A stretch of 64,000 bases of DNA from Candidatus Nomurabacteria bacterium (GCA_029288805.1 JARIGO010000022.1:30754-94753), one strand, 5' to 3'; positions 9,168 to 19,878 are shown, numbered from the stretch's first letter. Translations and numbers: made by a program. The notes: a model not told the origin generated them from the letters alone.

Positions 9168-10970
9168 TTAGTTCTGATTGATTGCAAATTCAGCAGCCTT
9201 ATAAAGCTTTCTAAATATGCCTCCTTCGATAACCATAAGATCACTCTTCTTTCCGTTCTCAACAATTTTGCCATTATGTAAAACAATAATGCGATCGACG
9301 ATTTTAAGTGACATGTAGCGATGTGAAATAATCAGCGCGGTCTTATCCTTAATGACAGTTTTATATTGCTCAACGATTTCTTTTTCTGCTTCAGGATCTA
9401 ATGCTGAAGTGAACTCATCGAGCAAAACTAATTTCGGATCTCTCAGCATCAAGCCAGCCAAACCAAGTTTTTGATTTTGACCGCCTGAAAGTTTTACTGA
9501 ATCCTTGAAAATCCTATCAACTTTCTGATGCAGCTGATTTGGGAGCTTTTCTGTGTATTCTTTCAAACCTACCCTCTCAAGTATTTGCCACACCTGAAAA
9601 TCACTGCACGGATATCCAGGTCGCGTTGCTAGAATAGCTGATCTAATTGTCGTCTTGAGGGTGGTAAAATCTTGAAATAATGCTCCAGTAATGTTGAGCA
9701 GGCTTTCCCGTTTCAATAACCTAAGATCAATACCGTTAACACGAATACTTCCTTTATCCGGATCGTAAAAACGCAACAACAGCATGCCAATAGTGGTCTT
9801 ACCTTCGCCGTTTTTAGCAATAAGCCCGATGGTTTCTCCCGGATTAATGACAAAACTTACACCTTGCAGTACGTAGTTTTTTGACCCAGGATACTTAAAG
9901 TACACGTCATCAAACTCAATGTGAGGAACAATAGTGTCATCAACATCAATCGCGCCGGAAACATCCTGAATAGCGGGAGCACTGTCAACGACCAGGAAAA
10001 AGTCCTCGGCTTTCTTGGATGCAATCTCCAAATCGATCAGTCCAGTTGTAGCCTGATCGAGGCTGTCAGACATTCGACTTATTGATCCAAACAGAATGAA
10101 CAATGTGCCAACTGTGGCTTCATGATGCTCAACTTTTGTGATCAAGGAAAATACCATAAACGCCAACAGAGTATAGAACCACATGTTTCCCCAGTAATTA
10201 ATAATTGCGAAGTGCTCATTGTTTCTATACTCAAAGAAATTTAACCTGCTTCGAATGCTGTCGAACATGCCGAGGAAATGACTGCGAGAGCTGTTTAATA
10301 TGGATTCTTTTGTACCGATGTAGCTAGAGAGCGTGTCCTTGTAGCGCTGCACTTCATTCAATCGTTTTTCCTGGGCATACCTTCGAACCTTACGCTTCCT
10401 TGAAAAATACATCCGAGGCGTGATCATGGCGATTACTACTATGAAATACCACCATTCAATGAATGAAAGCATGACCGCAGCCACAATCACAGTGAGTACC
10501 GAAAGTATCAAATTCCATTCAAGAAAAAATATTTCCTGGATAGCGCTTTGGTTACGATTGGCATTGTTTAATGCGTCCTGCATCTGAGGATTTTCCCTGT
10601 CTTGCAAGTCAAATTTTGCATATGACTGCCAGTAAAACCTTTGTGTTTGTTCTGTGCTGATTTCTCGAAAGCGCAATTCCAGCTTTCTCCTTGCAAATTG
10701 CAGACTTCCAGGAATGACGTCAACAAGAAAGTTAGCGATCACGGCAATGATCAGTGGTAATCCTGTAAATACAGACTTCTGACCGACAATCCTGTTGGTC
10801 AACTGTCCGAACATCCACGAATCAACTGTCCACATCTGCGTAATGATGCAGGACAAGACAAAACCGATAAGAAATAGTCTCTTATTGGCTTTGTTATTGG
10901 CAAATAAGAGCGTGTTAGTGCGCCAGATCATCCTGATACTGGAAAGCGCCTTCTGTTTTAATTTCTTCAT
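9168..10970 (-). CDS. ABC exporter, fused permease/ATPase
   Basis: TM domain plus AKNGEGKTT, LSGGQ, LLDE, SALD and ISHR motifs. Confidence 0.9.
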   Translation of the reverse strand: MKKLKQKALSSIRMIWRTNTLLFANNKANKRLFLIGFVLSCIITQMWTVDSWMFGQLTNRIVGQKSVFTGLPLIIAVIANFLVDVIPGSLQFARRKLELRFREISTEQTQRFYWQSYAKFDLQDRENPQMQDALNNANRNQSAIQEIFFLEWNLILSVLTVIVAAVMLSFIEWWYFIVVIAMITPRMYFSRKRKVRRYAQEKRLNEVQRYKDTLSSYIGTKESILNSSRSHFLGMFDSIRSRLNFFEYRNNEHFAIINYWGNMWFYTLLAFMVFSLITKVEHHEATVGTLFILFGSISRMSDSLDQATTGLIDLEIASKKAEDFFLVVDSAPAIQDVSGAIDVDDTIVPHIEFDDVYFKYPGSKNYVLQGVSFVINPGETIGLIAKNGEGKTTIGMLLLRFYDPDKGSIRVNGIDLRLLKRESLLNITGALFQDFTTLKTTIRSAILATRPGYPCSDFQVWQILERVGLKEYTEKLPNQLHQKVDRIFKDSVKLSGGQNQKLGLAGLMLRDPKLVLLDEFTSALDPEAEKEIVEQYKTVIKDKTALIISHRYMSLKIVDRIIVLHNGKIVENGKKSDLMVIEGGIFRKLYKAAEFAINQN

Positions 10971-11049
10971 CTATTAAGTTTTTAAAGTATTTTGTTTTTA
11001 TTATTATAACATATATTTAAATAATATCAATATACTTATTTCTCTACAA

Positions 11050-11082
11050 AAAAGGTCTAGCGAATTATTCGCTAGACCTTTT
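11050..11082 (-). terminator. Terminator / perfect 16-bp inverted repeat
   Basis: AAAAGGTCTAGCGAAT-T-ATTCGCTAGACCTTTT. Confidence 0.7.
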
Positions 11083-11085
11083 GGC

Positions 11086-11667
11086 TTATTTTGTTGCGGT
11101 GACAATAATATTTCTTGAGACACCGGAAGATAGTAGGCCATTTACTTTTTGTGGTTGATAATTTTTTAAAAACTTGATGGTAAAGCCGCTATGCTCATAT
11201 AAGTCTACAAGTTCTTTCTCTGTATAATGAACAGGACGAAACGTATCACCTGCGCCAGCCCATACTGCGGAAAATATGCCGCCTGATCGTAATGACCGCT
11301 GCAAACGATCCATTAATAACTCAATGGTTACCTTTGAATTGAATGCAATCGACTTGCCATATATAAAGTCAAAAAATGACTCCGGGGCATCATATTCATC
11401 AAATGATGAGACAATTCTTTCCAGGCGCTTATCGTCTAAAGAAATAATGTCATTATCAAGCAAGGATATGCTTGTATCGACATTTATTACACAAGAGAAG
11501 CCTGCTTCATTTAATAAATAATTTGAGTTTACCAAACAGGCATCTCCTAAAATCAATGCGTTTTGTTTTTGAGAGACAAGCCTTGAAGTATTGATCATCA
11601 TAGGTTGGACGCGGCCAGATTCACGCTCTTTAAGAATGGCCTTACGCCACGGATCTTTTGTTTCCAT
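11086..11667 (-). CDS. Class I SAM-dependent methyltransferase-like protein (degenerate motif I)
   Basis: ALILGDA, VINVD, FDFIY and SLRSGGIF; promoter TTGACT-N16-TATAAT at 11697-11724. Confidence 0.7.
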   Translation of the reverse strand: METKDPWRKAILKERESGRVQPMMINTSRLVSQKQNALILGDACLVNSNYLLNEAGFSCVINVDTSISLLDNDIISLDDKRLERIVSSFDEYDAPESFFDFIYGKSIAFNSKVTIELLMDRLQRSLRSGGIFSAVWAGAGDTFRPVHYTEKELVDLYEHSGFTIKFLKNYQPQKVNGLLSSGVSRNIIVTATK

Positions 11668-11763
11668 TAGTATTTATTTAAGGTGGATTTTTATAAATTA
11701 TACTTAATTATATGAATAAGTCAATAGTTCTGTATTTTATCCTTTCATAAATTATCAAACGTA

Positions 11764-11787
11764 AAATTCCCGATTTCTCGGGAATTT
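11764..11787 (-). terminator. Intrinsic terminator
   Basis: AAATTCCCGA-TTTC-TCGGGAATTT. Confidence 0.65.
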
Positions 11788-11792
11788 AATTT

Positions 11793-12296
11793 TTAAGTAG
11801 AAGTAGACAGAAGTGCTTCACAGCCCTTTTTCTTCTGCTGAAATTCTTTTACCTTATCTTCAACGTCAGCAATAAGTTTTACGGGTGATTGCTTAATTTG
11901 CTCAATCTTCCGCGGGGCATCCGTGATGTATTCTTCATATCGTTCTATTTCGCTTTGAAGAAATTTATCCTGCCATACAGGATCATTTGAAACACGTATC
12001 TCAGTCTCCTTCCTTCTTTTTCTGAATATTTTTATGTTAATAATTATACCCCATACAGGAAGAGATACTAATACCACATAACCCAGAGCTCTTGTTATAC
12101 CCTCCATTACTGAACGATTTTTCGTATCAAGAAACCCGTAAGAAAAGGTCAGATATGCCACTAGCAGCATCCACGCTATCGTGAGGACCAATAATTTCAC
12201 AGGGTCGACAGGAAAGGCAATATTTTGGCCTTCTTCTGAGCAATACATCTGATACGCTCCTTTTTTAAGCCATTCAGGCTTTTCTGTATTTTCCAT
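11793..12296 (-). CDS. Hypothetical 2-TM protein with a coiled-coil C-terminus
   Basis: Two hydrophobic helices; promoter TTGACA-N16-TAATGT at 12323-12350. Confidence 0.7.
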   Translation of the reverse strand: MENTEKPEWLKKGAYQMYCSEEGQNIAFPVDPVKLLVLTIAWMLLVAYLTFSYGFLDTKNRSVMEGITRALGYVVLVSLPVWGIIINIKIFRKRRKETEIRVSNDPVWQDKFLQSEIERYEEYITDAPRKIEQIKQSPVKLIADVEDKVKEFQQKKKGCEALLSTST

Positions 12297-12358
12297 TGTT
12301 GTTTAATTTAAAGGTTTTTATTACATTACCATTTAATATTAAATTGTCAATGGATTAT

Positions 12359-14164
12359 CTATGACATCAAGATCTGATTCTTAATTAGTTCTTTATAGTC
12401 TTCAGATGTTTTTTCTAATTCCTTATGTGTTCCCTGCGCTACAACTTTTCCTTTTGCTACTACAAAGATAATGTCTGCATCCATCACGGTTGAAAGACGG
12501 TGCGCGATGATAATAGTGGTTCTTCCTTGGGCACTGCGGTTTATGGCATCATGAATCAGCTTTTCATTGATTGAGTCCAGCGCAGATGTGGCTTCATCAA
12601 AGATCAAAATCTTCGGATCTTTAATCAATGCGCGTGCAATACCAATACGCTGGCGCTCACCGCCTGAAACCTTAATTCCCCCTTCACCAATAACAGTTTC
12701 CAAACCGTGATCCTTAAGCTTGGCAATAAAATCAGTAAGTGAGGCATCCTCAACAGCTTTTTGAAGCTTCTCTTCTGGAACTTCTGCATCTGCGGGTAAG
12801 CCGAACAAAATGTTTTCCTTAATACTGCGATCAAACAGGTCAATCTTTTGTTCAACATTTCCGATACGAGAACGCAACCAGTGCAGATTCATTTCCTTAA
12901 GCTGAACGTCATCAATCAAAATTTCTCCCTCGGTAGGATCATAAAAGCGACGCATGAGATTTACGATAGTGGATTTTCCTGAACCGGATACGCCGACAAA
13001 ACCAATTTTTGCACCGGCTGGTATGACAAAACTGACATTAGAAATAGTATGCTCTTCTTTCTTATCATCGGTTTCAGATTCTTCCTCTTCTTCTTTTGCG
13101 GACTTACGGTACGGATATGCAAAACTAACATTTTTAAATTCAATTTTTCCTTGTAGGTCATCAATTATTATCCCATTTTCATTCGTATCAATATCCGGCT
13201 TGATGGTAAAGAGGTCAAACATTTTTCTAATTTCAACAATCTGAAAGAGCATTTGGCGTTGGGTACTCATAATATTCTGCAGATTTCCAAAAATCGCCCC
13301 TGTCCATGAAAAGAGCGTAACGAACATGCCCGCTGAATGCTTTCCAATAAGAATCAGATACACGCCAAGACCAAGGGTTGCGTACTGACCAACAACTATC
13401 AGTATCCTGTGCAGGTAATAAGGTCTGAGGTAGCCCAGCCATCCGGAAGTGGCAAACTCGGTAACATCTTCAGCAAAGACATTGAAGTCATCAACCGTCT
13501 TAGCCTCCTGTCCTTCAGCGATAATTAACGTAGAGTTACGATATAACTCAGAAGATAACTTTGACTGCGACTGGTATTTCTTTCGAATCTGCTCTGCCTT
13601 TGGAAAGAATTTTTTATTACGACGAAGAGACACCCAGATATATACAGCCACAAAGACGGTTGCCACCGCAGCTACTTTCCAGTCAAAAATTGCCAATACT
13701 ACCAATGTAACCAGGGATTGCAAGCCTGCAGGAAGAACATTATAGAGAATCGCATACATCAAATTCTCAAGAGAACTTTGTCCCTTGCTTATGACACTTT
13801 GCTTTACGCCGGAGTGCTCATTTATATGCTGACCGATTGAATAAGCAAAATTCTTATGCAAAGAATCGACGGAAAAAGCCTTTTCAATATGGTCATCAAG
13901 GTGTTTTAGTTCAGTAGCTTCTTTTAACCACCATAGTCCGACTGACTGAAAAAGAGAAACAACAAAAGAGATGCCCAGGAATATAAATGTGAGGCGAATA
14001 TTGCCATGAATGACAGCATCTACGCCTTTACCAAACAAATATGGCGCTACAGTTCCGATTAACTGGATAAGAACAAGCATTCCTGTGATCACGAAAAGGT
14101 ATTTTCGAAATGGGCGAAAAAAGGCAAATACCCGTTTTAAAAATGTTATGTTTTCATTTTGCAT
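12359..14164 (-). CDS. ABC exporter, fused permease/ATPase (MsbA/ATM1-like)
   Basis: GVSGSGKS, VSGGERQR, IFDEATSALD and IAHRLST motifs. Confidence 0.92.
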   Translation of the reverse strand: MQNENITFLKRVFAFFRPFRKYLFVITGMLVLIQLIGTVAPYLFGKGVDAVIHGNIRLTFIFLGISFVVSLFQSVGLWWLKEATELKHLDDHIEKAFSVDSLHKNFAYSIGQHINEHSGVKQSVISKGQSSLENLMYAILYNVLPAGLQSLVTLVVLAIFDWKVAAVATVFVAVYIWVSLRRNKKFFPKAEQIRKKYQSQSKLSSELYRNSTLIIAEGQEAKTVDDFNVFAEDVTEFATSGWLGYLRPYYLHRILIVVGQYATLGLGVYLILIGKHSAGMFVTLFSWTGAIFGNLQNIMSTQRQMLFQIVEIRKMFDLFTIKPDIDTNENGIIIDDLQGKIEFKNVSFAYPYRKSAKEEEEESETDDKKEEHTISNVSFVIPAGAKIGFVGVSGSGKSTIVNLMRRFYDPTEGEILIDDVQLKEMNLHWLRSRIGNVEQKIDLFDRSIKENILFGLPADAEVPEEKLQKAVEDASLTDFIAKLKDHGLETVIGEGGIKVSGGERQRIGIARALIKDPKILIFDEATSALDSINEKLIHDAINRSAQGRTTIIIAHRLSTVMDADIIFVVAKGKVVAQGTHKELEKTSEDYKELIKNQILMS

Positions 14165-14168
14165 ACTA

Positions 14169-15137
14169 TTACTGTGTTAGCCCTATCGCTTCATACACGT
14201 CAAAGATTTTTTTCATGGCGATGTCGTTGGCTTTCATGGCGCCTTCGACGAGGATTTGCTGAACGAGTTTTGGGTTGGCAGCAAAGTAGTCACGACGAGC
14301 ACGCATTGGCGTTACGAAGTCGATGATATCCTTGATGAGCATTTTTTTTGCATCACCATAGCCAAGACCTTTGGTATATTGGGCTTTTAATTCTTCTGAG
14401 CCATTAAAGAGCTTGTGAATCTGATAGATAACGAGTTCATCAGGATTCTTTTCCTCATCCTTACCACGAGAGTCAGTAGTGATACCCATGACTGCTTTCG
14501 TGATTTCTTCATCAGTACCAAATAACGGGATGATGTTGCCATAACTTTTTGACATCTTTTGCCCGTCAGTACCCGGAATGACTTCCACTTCTTCCAAGAT
14601 AAGTTCCTTCGGTAGCTTGAATAGTTCTCCGTACTGATTGTTGAACTTACCAGCGATATCACGTGCGTACTCAACATGCTGCTTCTGATCCTTTCCTACA
14701 GGAACAACATCAGTGTTATAAAGCAAAATATCTGATGCCATCAGTACAGGATAATCAAATGTACCGACATTTACTTCTGCTTTCTTTGCCTCAGCATCTT
14801 TGAAGGCATGGGCACGCATAAGATATGGCACTGTTACGAGATTGTTGAATACCCACGTGAGGTTAGCATGAGCCAAAACATCAGACTGTTTGAACAATGT
14901 CACTTTTTCTGGATCAAGACCTGCACCCAAGTAGTCAAGAATAAGATCATGAGTATCTTGCATAAGCTTGTCCTTTGCAGGAAGGCCGGTCAGCGCATGC
15001 AGGTTCGCAATGAAGATAAAACTATCGTGAGTATCCTGTAAATCAACGAATTGTTTCAATGCGCCGAAGTAATTACCGAAATGCAGACGACCAGTTGGCT
15101 TCATGCCAGAAAATAGACGAGGTTTTGTGGATTCCAT
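14169..15137 (-). CDS. trpS: Tryptophanyl-tRNA synthetase
   Basis: HFGN, VPVGKDQKQH and KMSKS motifs; start moved to MESTK. Confidence 0.95.
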   Translation of the reverse strand: MESTKPRLFSGMKPTGRLHFGNYFGALKQFVDLQDTHDSFIFIANLHALTGLPAKDKLMQDTHDLILDYLGAGLDPEKVTLFKQSDVLAHANLTWVFNNLVTVPYLMRAHAFKDAEAKKAEVNVGTFDYPVLMASDILLYNTDVVPVGKDQKQHVEYARDIAGKFNNQYGELFKLPKELILEEVEVIPGTDGQKMSKSYGNIIPLFGTDEEITKAVMGITTDSRGKDEEKNPDELVIYQIHKLFNGSEELKAQYTKGLGYGDAKKMLIKDIIDFVTPMRARRDYFAANPKLVQQILVEGAMKANDIAMKKIFDVYEAIGLTQ

Positions 15138-15228
15138 GGGGATATCATACCAAAAAATAAGGGCTTTTGGAAATAAGGAGAAAAGAGATGAGTTTTTTAT
15201 CAAGAAGTAATGGTGATACAATAAAGGC

Positions 15229-16614
15229 ATGTCTAAGTCTCCTATGGCCACTCACACACTTCGCATTCCTCCTCACGATCTTGAGGCTGAACAAGCGGTT
15301 CTTGGTGCCCTCATGCTTCGCCCGAGCGCTATTCACGATATTGTGGATTTGCTGACACCTGAAATGTTTTATGCCAAGAAGCACAGCATCCTGTACAAGA
15401 CCATTATTGAACTCTCCAACAAAAACGAACCAATAGACGTGCTGTCTGTAGCTGCAAAGCTCAAGGAAAAGAAATGCTTGGAAGAAATCGGCGGTAATGC
15501 CTACCTTAACGAGCTTATGGGCAACGTGCCTTCTACCGTGAACATTCGTCACTATGCTGAAATTGTCTACAAAAAGTACGTATTGCGCTCATTGATCGAT
15601 GCATCTGAAAACATTGCTACCATTGCCTACGATCAAAACGACATGGAAGTGACAGAAATATTGGATACTGCAGAAAAAAGCATCTTTCGTATTTCTTCTG
15701 GCATGAACACAAAGAATGCCTTTGTGTCTATTAAGAATTCCTTGATGGAAACAATGGAGCAGACCATTCGCCTCTCTGAATCAAAGGATGAAATTCGTGG
15801 TGTTCCTACAGGATATACGGATCTCGACGCATTGACTGCCGGCTTGCAAAAGTCCGACCTTATCATTCTTGCAGCACGTCCAAGTATGGGTAAGACAACG
15901 TTTGCCCTTGATATGGCACGTAACGTGGCATTGTCAGGCACTCCTGTCGGCATCTTTTCATTGGAAATGAGCGCGCAACAGCTCGTACAGCGTATGCTTT
16001 CAGCCGAAAGTCGCGTTGACGCCTGGAGTATTCGTACTGGTCACGGTCTTTCAACGCATCACTTCACCGCATTGCAGGAAGCGGCGAGCCGTTTGCAAAA
16101 GGCTCCTATCTACATTGATGACCAGGCTGGTAACTCTATCGTCAAAATGCGTTCCGTGGCACGCCGCCTCAAGAGTGAACACGGCCTCGGACTTATCGTT
16201 GTGGACTACTTGCAGCTCATGACTACCAGTAAGAGCTACGACAATATGGTGAACCAAGTGACAGAAATCTCTCGTTCATTGAAGCAATTGGCTCGTGAAC
16301 TTGATGTTCCAGTACTTGCATTGTCACAGCTTTCTCGTGCCGTTGAATCACGCGGCGGTCGTCCTCGTCTTTCTGACCTTCGTGACTCTGGTTCCATTGA
16401 GCAAGACGCCGACTTGGTTATGTTCATTCACCGTGAAGACCGCTACAAGGAACAGCACGAAAAGGACAACATTACTGAAATCCTGATTGAAAAACACCGT
16501 AACGGTGCGGTTGGTATGGTGCAACTGCTCTTTGATGGCAAGACTACGTCATTCTTGAACATGGACAAGACGCATGTGCCGGTACAAAAGGCCGCATCTC
16601 TTGATGACTTCTAA
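15229..16614 (+). CDS. dnaB: Replicative DNA helicase DnaB
   Basis: AARPSMGKT, VDYLQL, LSQLSR and DLRDSGSIEQDAD motifs. Confidence 0.97.
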   Translation: MSKSPMATHTLRIPPHDLEAEQAVLGALMLRPSAIHDIVDLLTPEMFYAKKHSILYKTIIELSNKNEPIDVLSVAAKLKEKKCLEEIGGNAYLNELMGNVPSTVNIRHYAEIVYKKYVLRSLIDASENIATIAYDQNDMEVTEILDTAEKSIFRISSGMNTKNAFVSIKNSLMETMEQTIRLSESKDEIRGVPTGYTDLDALTAGLQKSDLIILAARPSMGKTTFALDMARNVALSGTPVGIFSLEMSAQQLVQRMLSAESRVDAWSIRTGHGLSTHHFTALQEAASRLQKAPIYIDDQAGNSIVKMRSVARRLKSEHGLGLIVVDYLQLMTTSKSYDNMVNQVTEISRSLKQLARELDVPVLALSQLSRAVESRGGRPRLSDLRDSGSIEQDADLVMFIHREDRYKEQHEKDNITEILIEKHRNGAVGMVQLLFDGKTTSFLNMDKTHVPVQKAASLDDF

Positions 16615-16615
16615 T

Positions 16616-17236
16616 ATGCATAACGACTCAGTCGATCGACTCGCAAAACTCTTTTTGAAATTTCCCGGGATTGGTGAACGCCAAGCCCGTCGTTTTGCAT
16701 ACTTTATCCTGACCCAGCAGGAAGGCTATGTGGATTCGCTTGCGAGAGCGCTTGTAGCAGCGCGCACCCATGCCAATACCTGCGCGCGCTGTCTCCGCAT
16801 CTTCGAAGGCTCTGTAGAATCTTCTGGTGGTCTCTGCAACATTTGTAGCGATGAACACCGCGACCAAAGCAGTATTGTTGTTGTAGAAAAAAGTCAGGAT
16901 ATCGAAAGTTTCAATCGCACTGACTATAACGGCCTCTTCTTCGTATTAAACGGCCTCATTCCTATCGTGCAAAAAGACATCATTGCCGGTACTAATGCCC
17001 AAAAACTTATTGATCGCGTACGAAAAGATACATCTGAGAATGTACTACAAGAAGTCATCCTGGCATTTCCTGTTACTCCAAACGGCGAACATACCGACAG
17101 CGCCATCCGCGAACTGCTCTCACCTATTTCCCTTGACCTAACCATTACCTCCCTCGGCCGCGGCCTCTCTACCGGCGCAGAACTCGAATACGCCGATCCG
17201 GCATCCCTTGAAGCGTCACTTAAAAAGCGAGAATAA
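16616..17236 (+). CDS. recR: Recombination mediator RecR
   Basis: PGIGERQARR HhH, C4 zinc finger and toprim domain. Confidence 0.93.
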   Translation: MHNDSVDRLAKLFLKFPGIGERQARRFAYFILTQQEGYVDSLARALVAARTHANTCARCLRIFEGSVESSGGLCNICSDEHRDQSSIVVVEKSQDIESFNRTDYNGLFFVLNGLIPIVQKDIIAGTNAQKLIDRVRKDTSENVLQEVILAFPVTPNGEHTDSAIRELLSPISLDLTITSLGRGLSTGAELEYADPASLEASLKKRE

Positions 17237-17272
17237 AAAAATCAGGAGGTCGGACCTCCTGATTTTTTTATT
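17232..17272. repeat. REP-like perfect palindrome, copy 1 (probably also a bidirectional terminator)
   Basis: AATAAAAAAATCAGGAGGTC-G-GACCTCCTGATTTTTTTATT. Confidence 0.85.
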
Positions 17273-17628
17273 TACGCGATAGCGTTAATCTTTACTTTGA
17301 TGTAAGGCTGGCGATGGCCATTCTTTTTCATGTAGCGGCTCTTTTGCTTGTACTTGATAACCGTTACCTTTGGAGCGCGGCCTACAACGACAACTTCACC
17401 ACTTACTACAACCCCTGATACGAGTGGAGTGCCGATAACAGTAGTAGCACCGTCATCTGTAAGCAAAACCTGGTCAAATGACACAGCGTCGCCTTTCTTA
17501 CTTTCTTCCTTAAACTTTTCAATAGTAATAGTGTCGCCTACTGCTACGCGGTACTGCTTGCCTCCAGTCTTAATGACTGCAAACCCTGCCGCTGAGGCCT
17601 TTTTAGTTGTCTTTTTTGTAGTTGCCAT
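17272..17628 (-). CDS. rplU: 50S ribosomal protein L21
   Basis: AVIKTGGKQY and GHRQPY motifs. Confidence 0.96.
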   Translation of the reverse strand: MATTKKTTKKASAAGFAVIKTGGKQYRVAVGDTITIEKFKEESKKGDAVSFDQVLLTDDGATTVIGTPLVSGVVVSGEVVVVGRAPKVTVIKYKQKSRYMKKNGHRQPYIKVKINAIA

Positions 17629-17695
17629 ATTGAGCCAATAGTATACCTAATTAAGGATATTTTGCAAGTATCCTAATAATGTTATACTGAAAACC

Positions 17696-18505
17696 ATGAT
17701 TTCCCGCTATACATACCACGGTTTAACCTGGGTCGACCTTGAATCCCCAAGTCGGGAAGAAATCCTCCATATTAGCGAAGAATTTGGCCTTACCAAGCTG
17801 GTCGAAGAAGAGATGTTTTCCAGCACTCTGCGCTCAAAAGTGGACCTCTATGACAACTTTATTTACCTGATCCTACACTTCCCTGTTTTTAACAAAAACA
17901 ACAAAATGCGTAATGACCAGGAACTAGACTTCATCGTCGGCAAGAACTTTATCATTACTGTTCGATATGAACTCATTGATCATATCGGGCATTTTGCATC
18001 ACTCTTTGAAAACATTGAGAAGATCGACCAAAACAGAAAGATTACCGATACCGGCATCATGTTCATGGAAATGATGAAGCATTTGTACAAGGCTTCTGCC
18101 AAACAGCTGGAAGAAATTACGAACCGCATTCCTGAAATCGAGCACAATATTTTCAATGATCGCGAGGAAGCCATGGTTAAGATCATTTCCCAAACTAATC
18201 GCAAACTCCTGGACTTCAAGCAGGCTATCCGTTTTCATGAACACATCCTTAACTCATACGCTTCGGCAAGCAAGCGCTTCTTTGGCGACAACTATAGTTA
18301 CTATTCAGAAGTCATTATTTCTGAATTTAATAAAGTGAACTTCACCCTTGAAGGACATCATGACCTGCTCAAAGAATTGCAGCGTACCAACGACTCATTA
18401 CTCGCAACAAAATCAAATGCCATTCTTAAGCGCCTTACCATTGTCAGTGTCATAGCAACAGTACTTGCTGCCATAGCTGGTTTTGCCTTCTTACTGCATA
18501 AATAA
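17696..18505 (+). CDS. CorA-family divalent cation transporter, C-terminally truncated
   Basis: WVDL.SP, YLILHFP and ELDFIVGKNFIITV; only one TM helix and no GMN motif. Confidence 0.75.
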   Translation: MISRYTYHGLTWVDLESPSREEILHISEEFGLTKLVEEEMFSSTLRSKVDLYDNFIYLILHFPVFNKNNKMRNDQELDFIVGKNFIITVRYELIDHIGHFASLFENIEKIDQNRKITDTGIMFMEMMKHLYKASAKQLEEITNRIPEIEHNIFNDREEAMVKIISQTNRKLLDFKQAIRFHEHILNSYASASKRFFGDNYSYYSEVIISEFNKVNFTLEGHHDLLKELQRTNDSLLATKSNAILKRLTIVSVIATVLAAIAGFAFLLHK

Positions 18506-18506
18506 T

Positions 18507-19877
18507 ATGAAACTCTATAACACCAAATCTCGTTCAATTGAAGAATTCACGCCGCTTACGGACGGTATTGTCACCATGTATGCCTGCGGTCCTACAGTCT
18601 ATGACTATACACACATTGGTCATATGAAGAAGTACATTGGCGATGATGTATTGCGTCGCACGCTGACGTTGCTCGGATATGACGTGAAGCATGTCATGAA
18701 TGTCACCGATGTGGGCCACCTCAGTGACGACGGAGACGAAGGTGAGGACAAGCTTGAAAAAGGAGCAAAAAAAGAAGGCAAGACCGTATGGGACATTGCA
18801 GCGTTTTATACTGACTATTTCCATAATACGATGAACGCCGTAAACGTTCTTCCTCCTACCATTGAAGCGAAGGCTACTGACCATATCACAGAAATGATTG
18901 CCTTGGTTGAAAAGCTTGTAGCTGAAGGCATTGCATACGAAACTGCGCATGCTATTTATTTTGATGTTACAAAGGATCCTCACTACGGTGAGCTGTCAGG
19001 TCAGAAGCTCAGTGAAAAGGAAACTGCGGCTCGTGACGATGTCGTTATCGATCCTGACAAGAAAAATCCTGCCGACTTTTCACTCTGGTTCAAGCGTGTT
19101 GGCAAGTTCGCTGACCATGCCATGTACTGGCCTTCTCCATGGGGTGACGGCTTTCCTGGTTGGCACATTGAATGTTCTGCAATGGCCATGCACTATCTTG
19201 GCGAGACTATTGATATTCACACTGGTGGTATTGATCACGTACCGGTGCACCATGAAAATGAAATCGCGCAAAGTGAATGTGCGACCCACAAGCAGTTTGT
19301 CCGATACTGGGTACATCACGACTTCCTAAACGTTGAAGGCGAAAAAATGTCGAAGAGTAAGCAGAACTTTTATACTATCGAAGACATCGTAGCACGAAAG
19401 ATCAATCCTCTTGCCACTCGTCTCATGTTCATGCAGACAAGCTACCGTAAGCCCATGAACTTCACCTGGGATTCATTGGATACCGTTAACCAGCAGTTTA
19501 AGAAGTTACAGAAATTTGCGGCCCATCATGACACTGTGGGCACTATTAGCGAGACATACAAAGCTGCCTTTATCGATGGACTGAGTGATGACCTAAATAC
19601 TGCTAAAGCCATTGCAACCATGTGGGAACTGCTTGGCGACAATACCATTTCGGAAGAAGACAAATGGGCAACACTTTTGATGTTTGATACCGTACTTGGC
19701 TTGCAGCTTGATCAAGTTGAGAAGTTCAGCATTTCCGAAGAAGCATCATTGCTTGTTGAAGCTCGCGACAAGGCTCGTGCAGAAAAAAACTACGCCGAGT
19801 CTGATGAATTCCGCAGACAGCTCGAAGGCTTAGGATATGAAGTCCTAGATACCGCCGAAGGTACAAAGCTACAATAA
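18507..19877 (+). CDS. cysS: Cysteinyl-tRNA synthetase
   Basis: CGPTVY, HIGH, PGWHIEC and KMSKS motifs. Confidence 0.97.
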   Translation: MKLYNTKSRSIEEFTPLTDGIVTMYACGPTVYDYTHIGHMKKYIGDDVLRRTLTLLGYDVKHVMNVTDVGHLSDDGDEGEDKLEKGAKKEGKTVWDIAAFYTDYFHNTMNAVNVLPPTIEAKATDHITEMIALVEKLVAEGIAYETAHAIYFDVTKDPHYGELSGQKLSEKETAARDDVVIDPDKKNPADFSLWFKRVGKFADHAMYWPSPWGDGFPGWHIECSAMAMHYLGETIDIHTGGIDHVPVHHENEIAQSECATHKQFVRYWVHHDFLNVEGEKMSKSKQNFYTIEDIVARKINPLATRLMFMQTSYRKPMNFTWDSLDTVNQQFKKLQKFAAHHDTVGTISETYKAAFIDGLSDDLNTAKAIATMWELLGDNTISEEDKWATLLMFDTVLGLQLDQVEKFSISEEASLLVEARDKARAEKNYAESDEFRRQLEGLGYEVLDTAEGTKLQ

Positions 19878-19878
19878 G

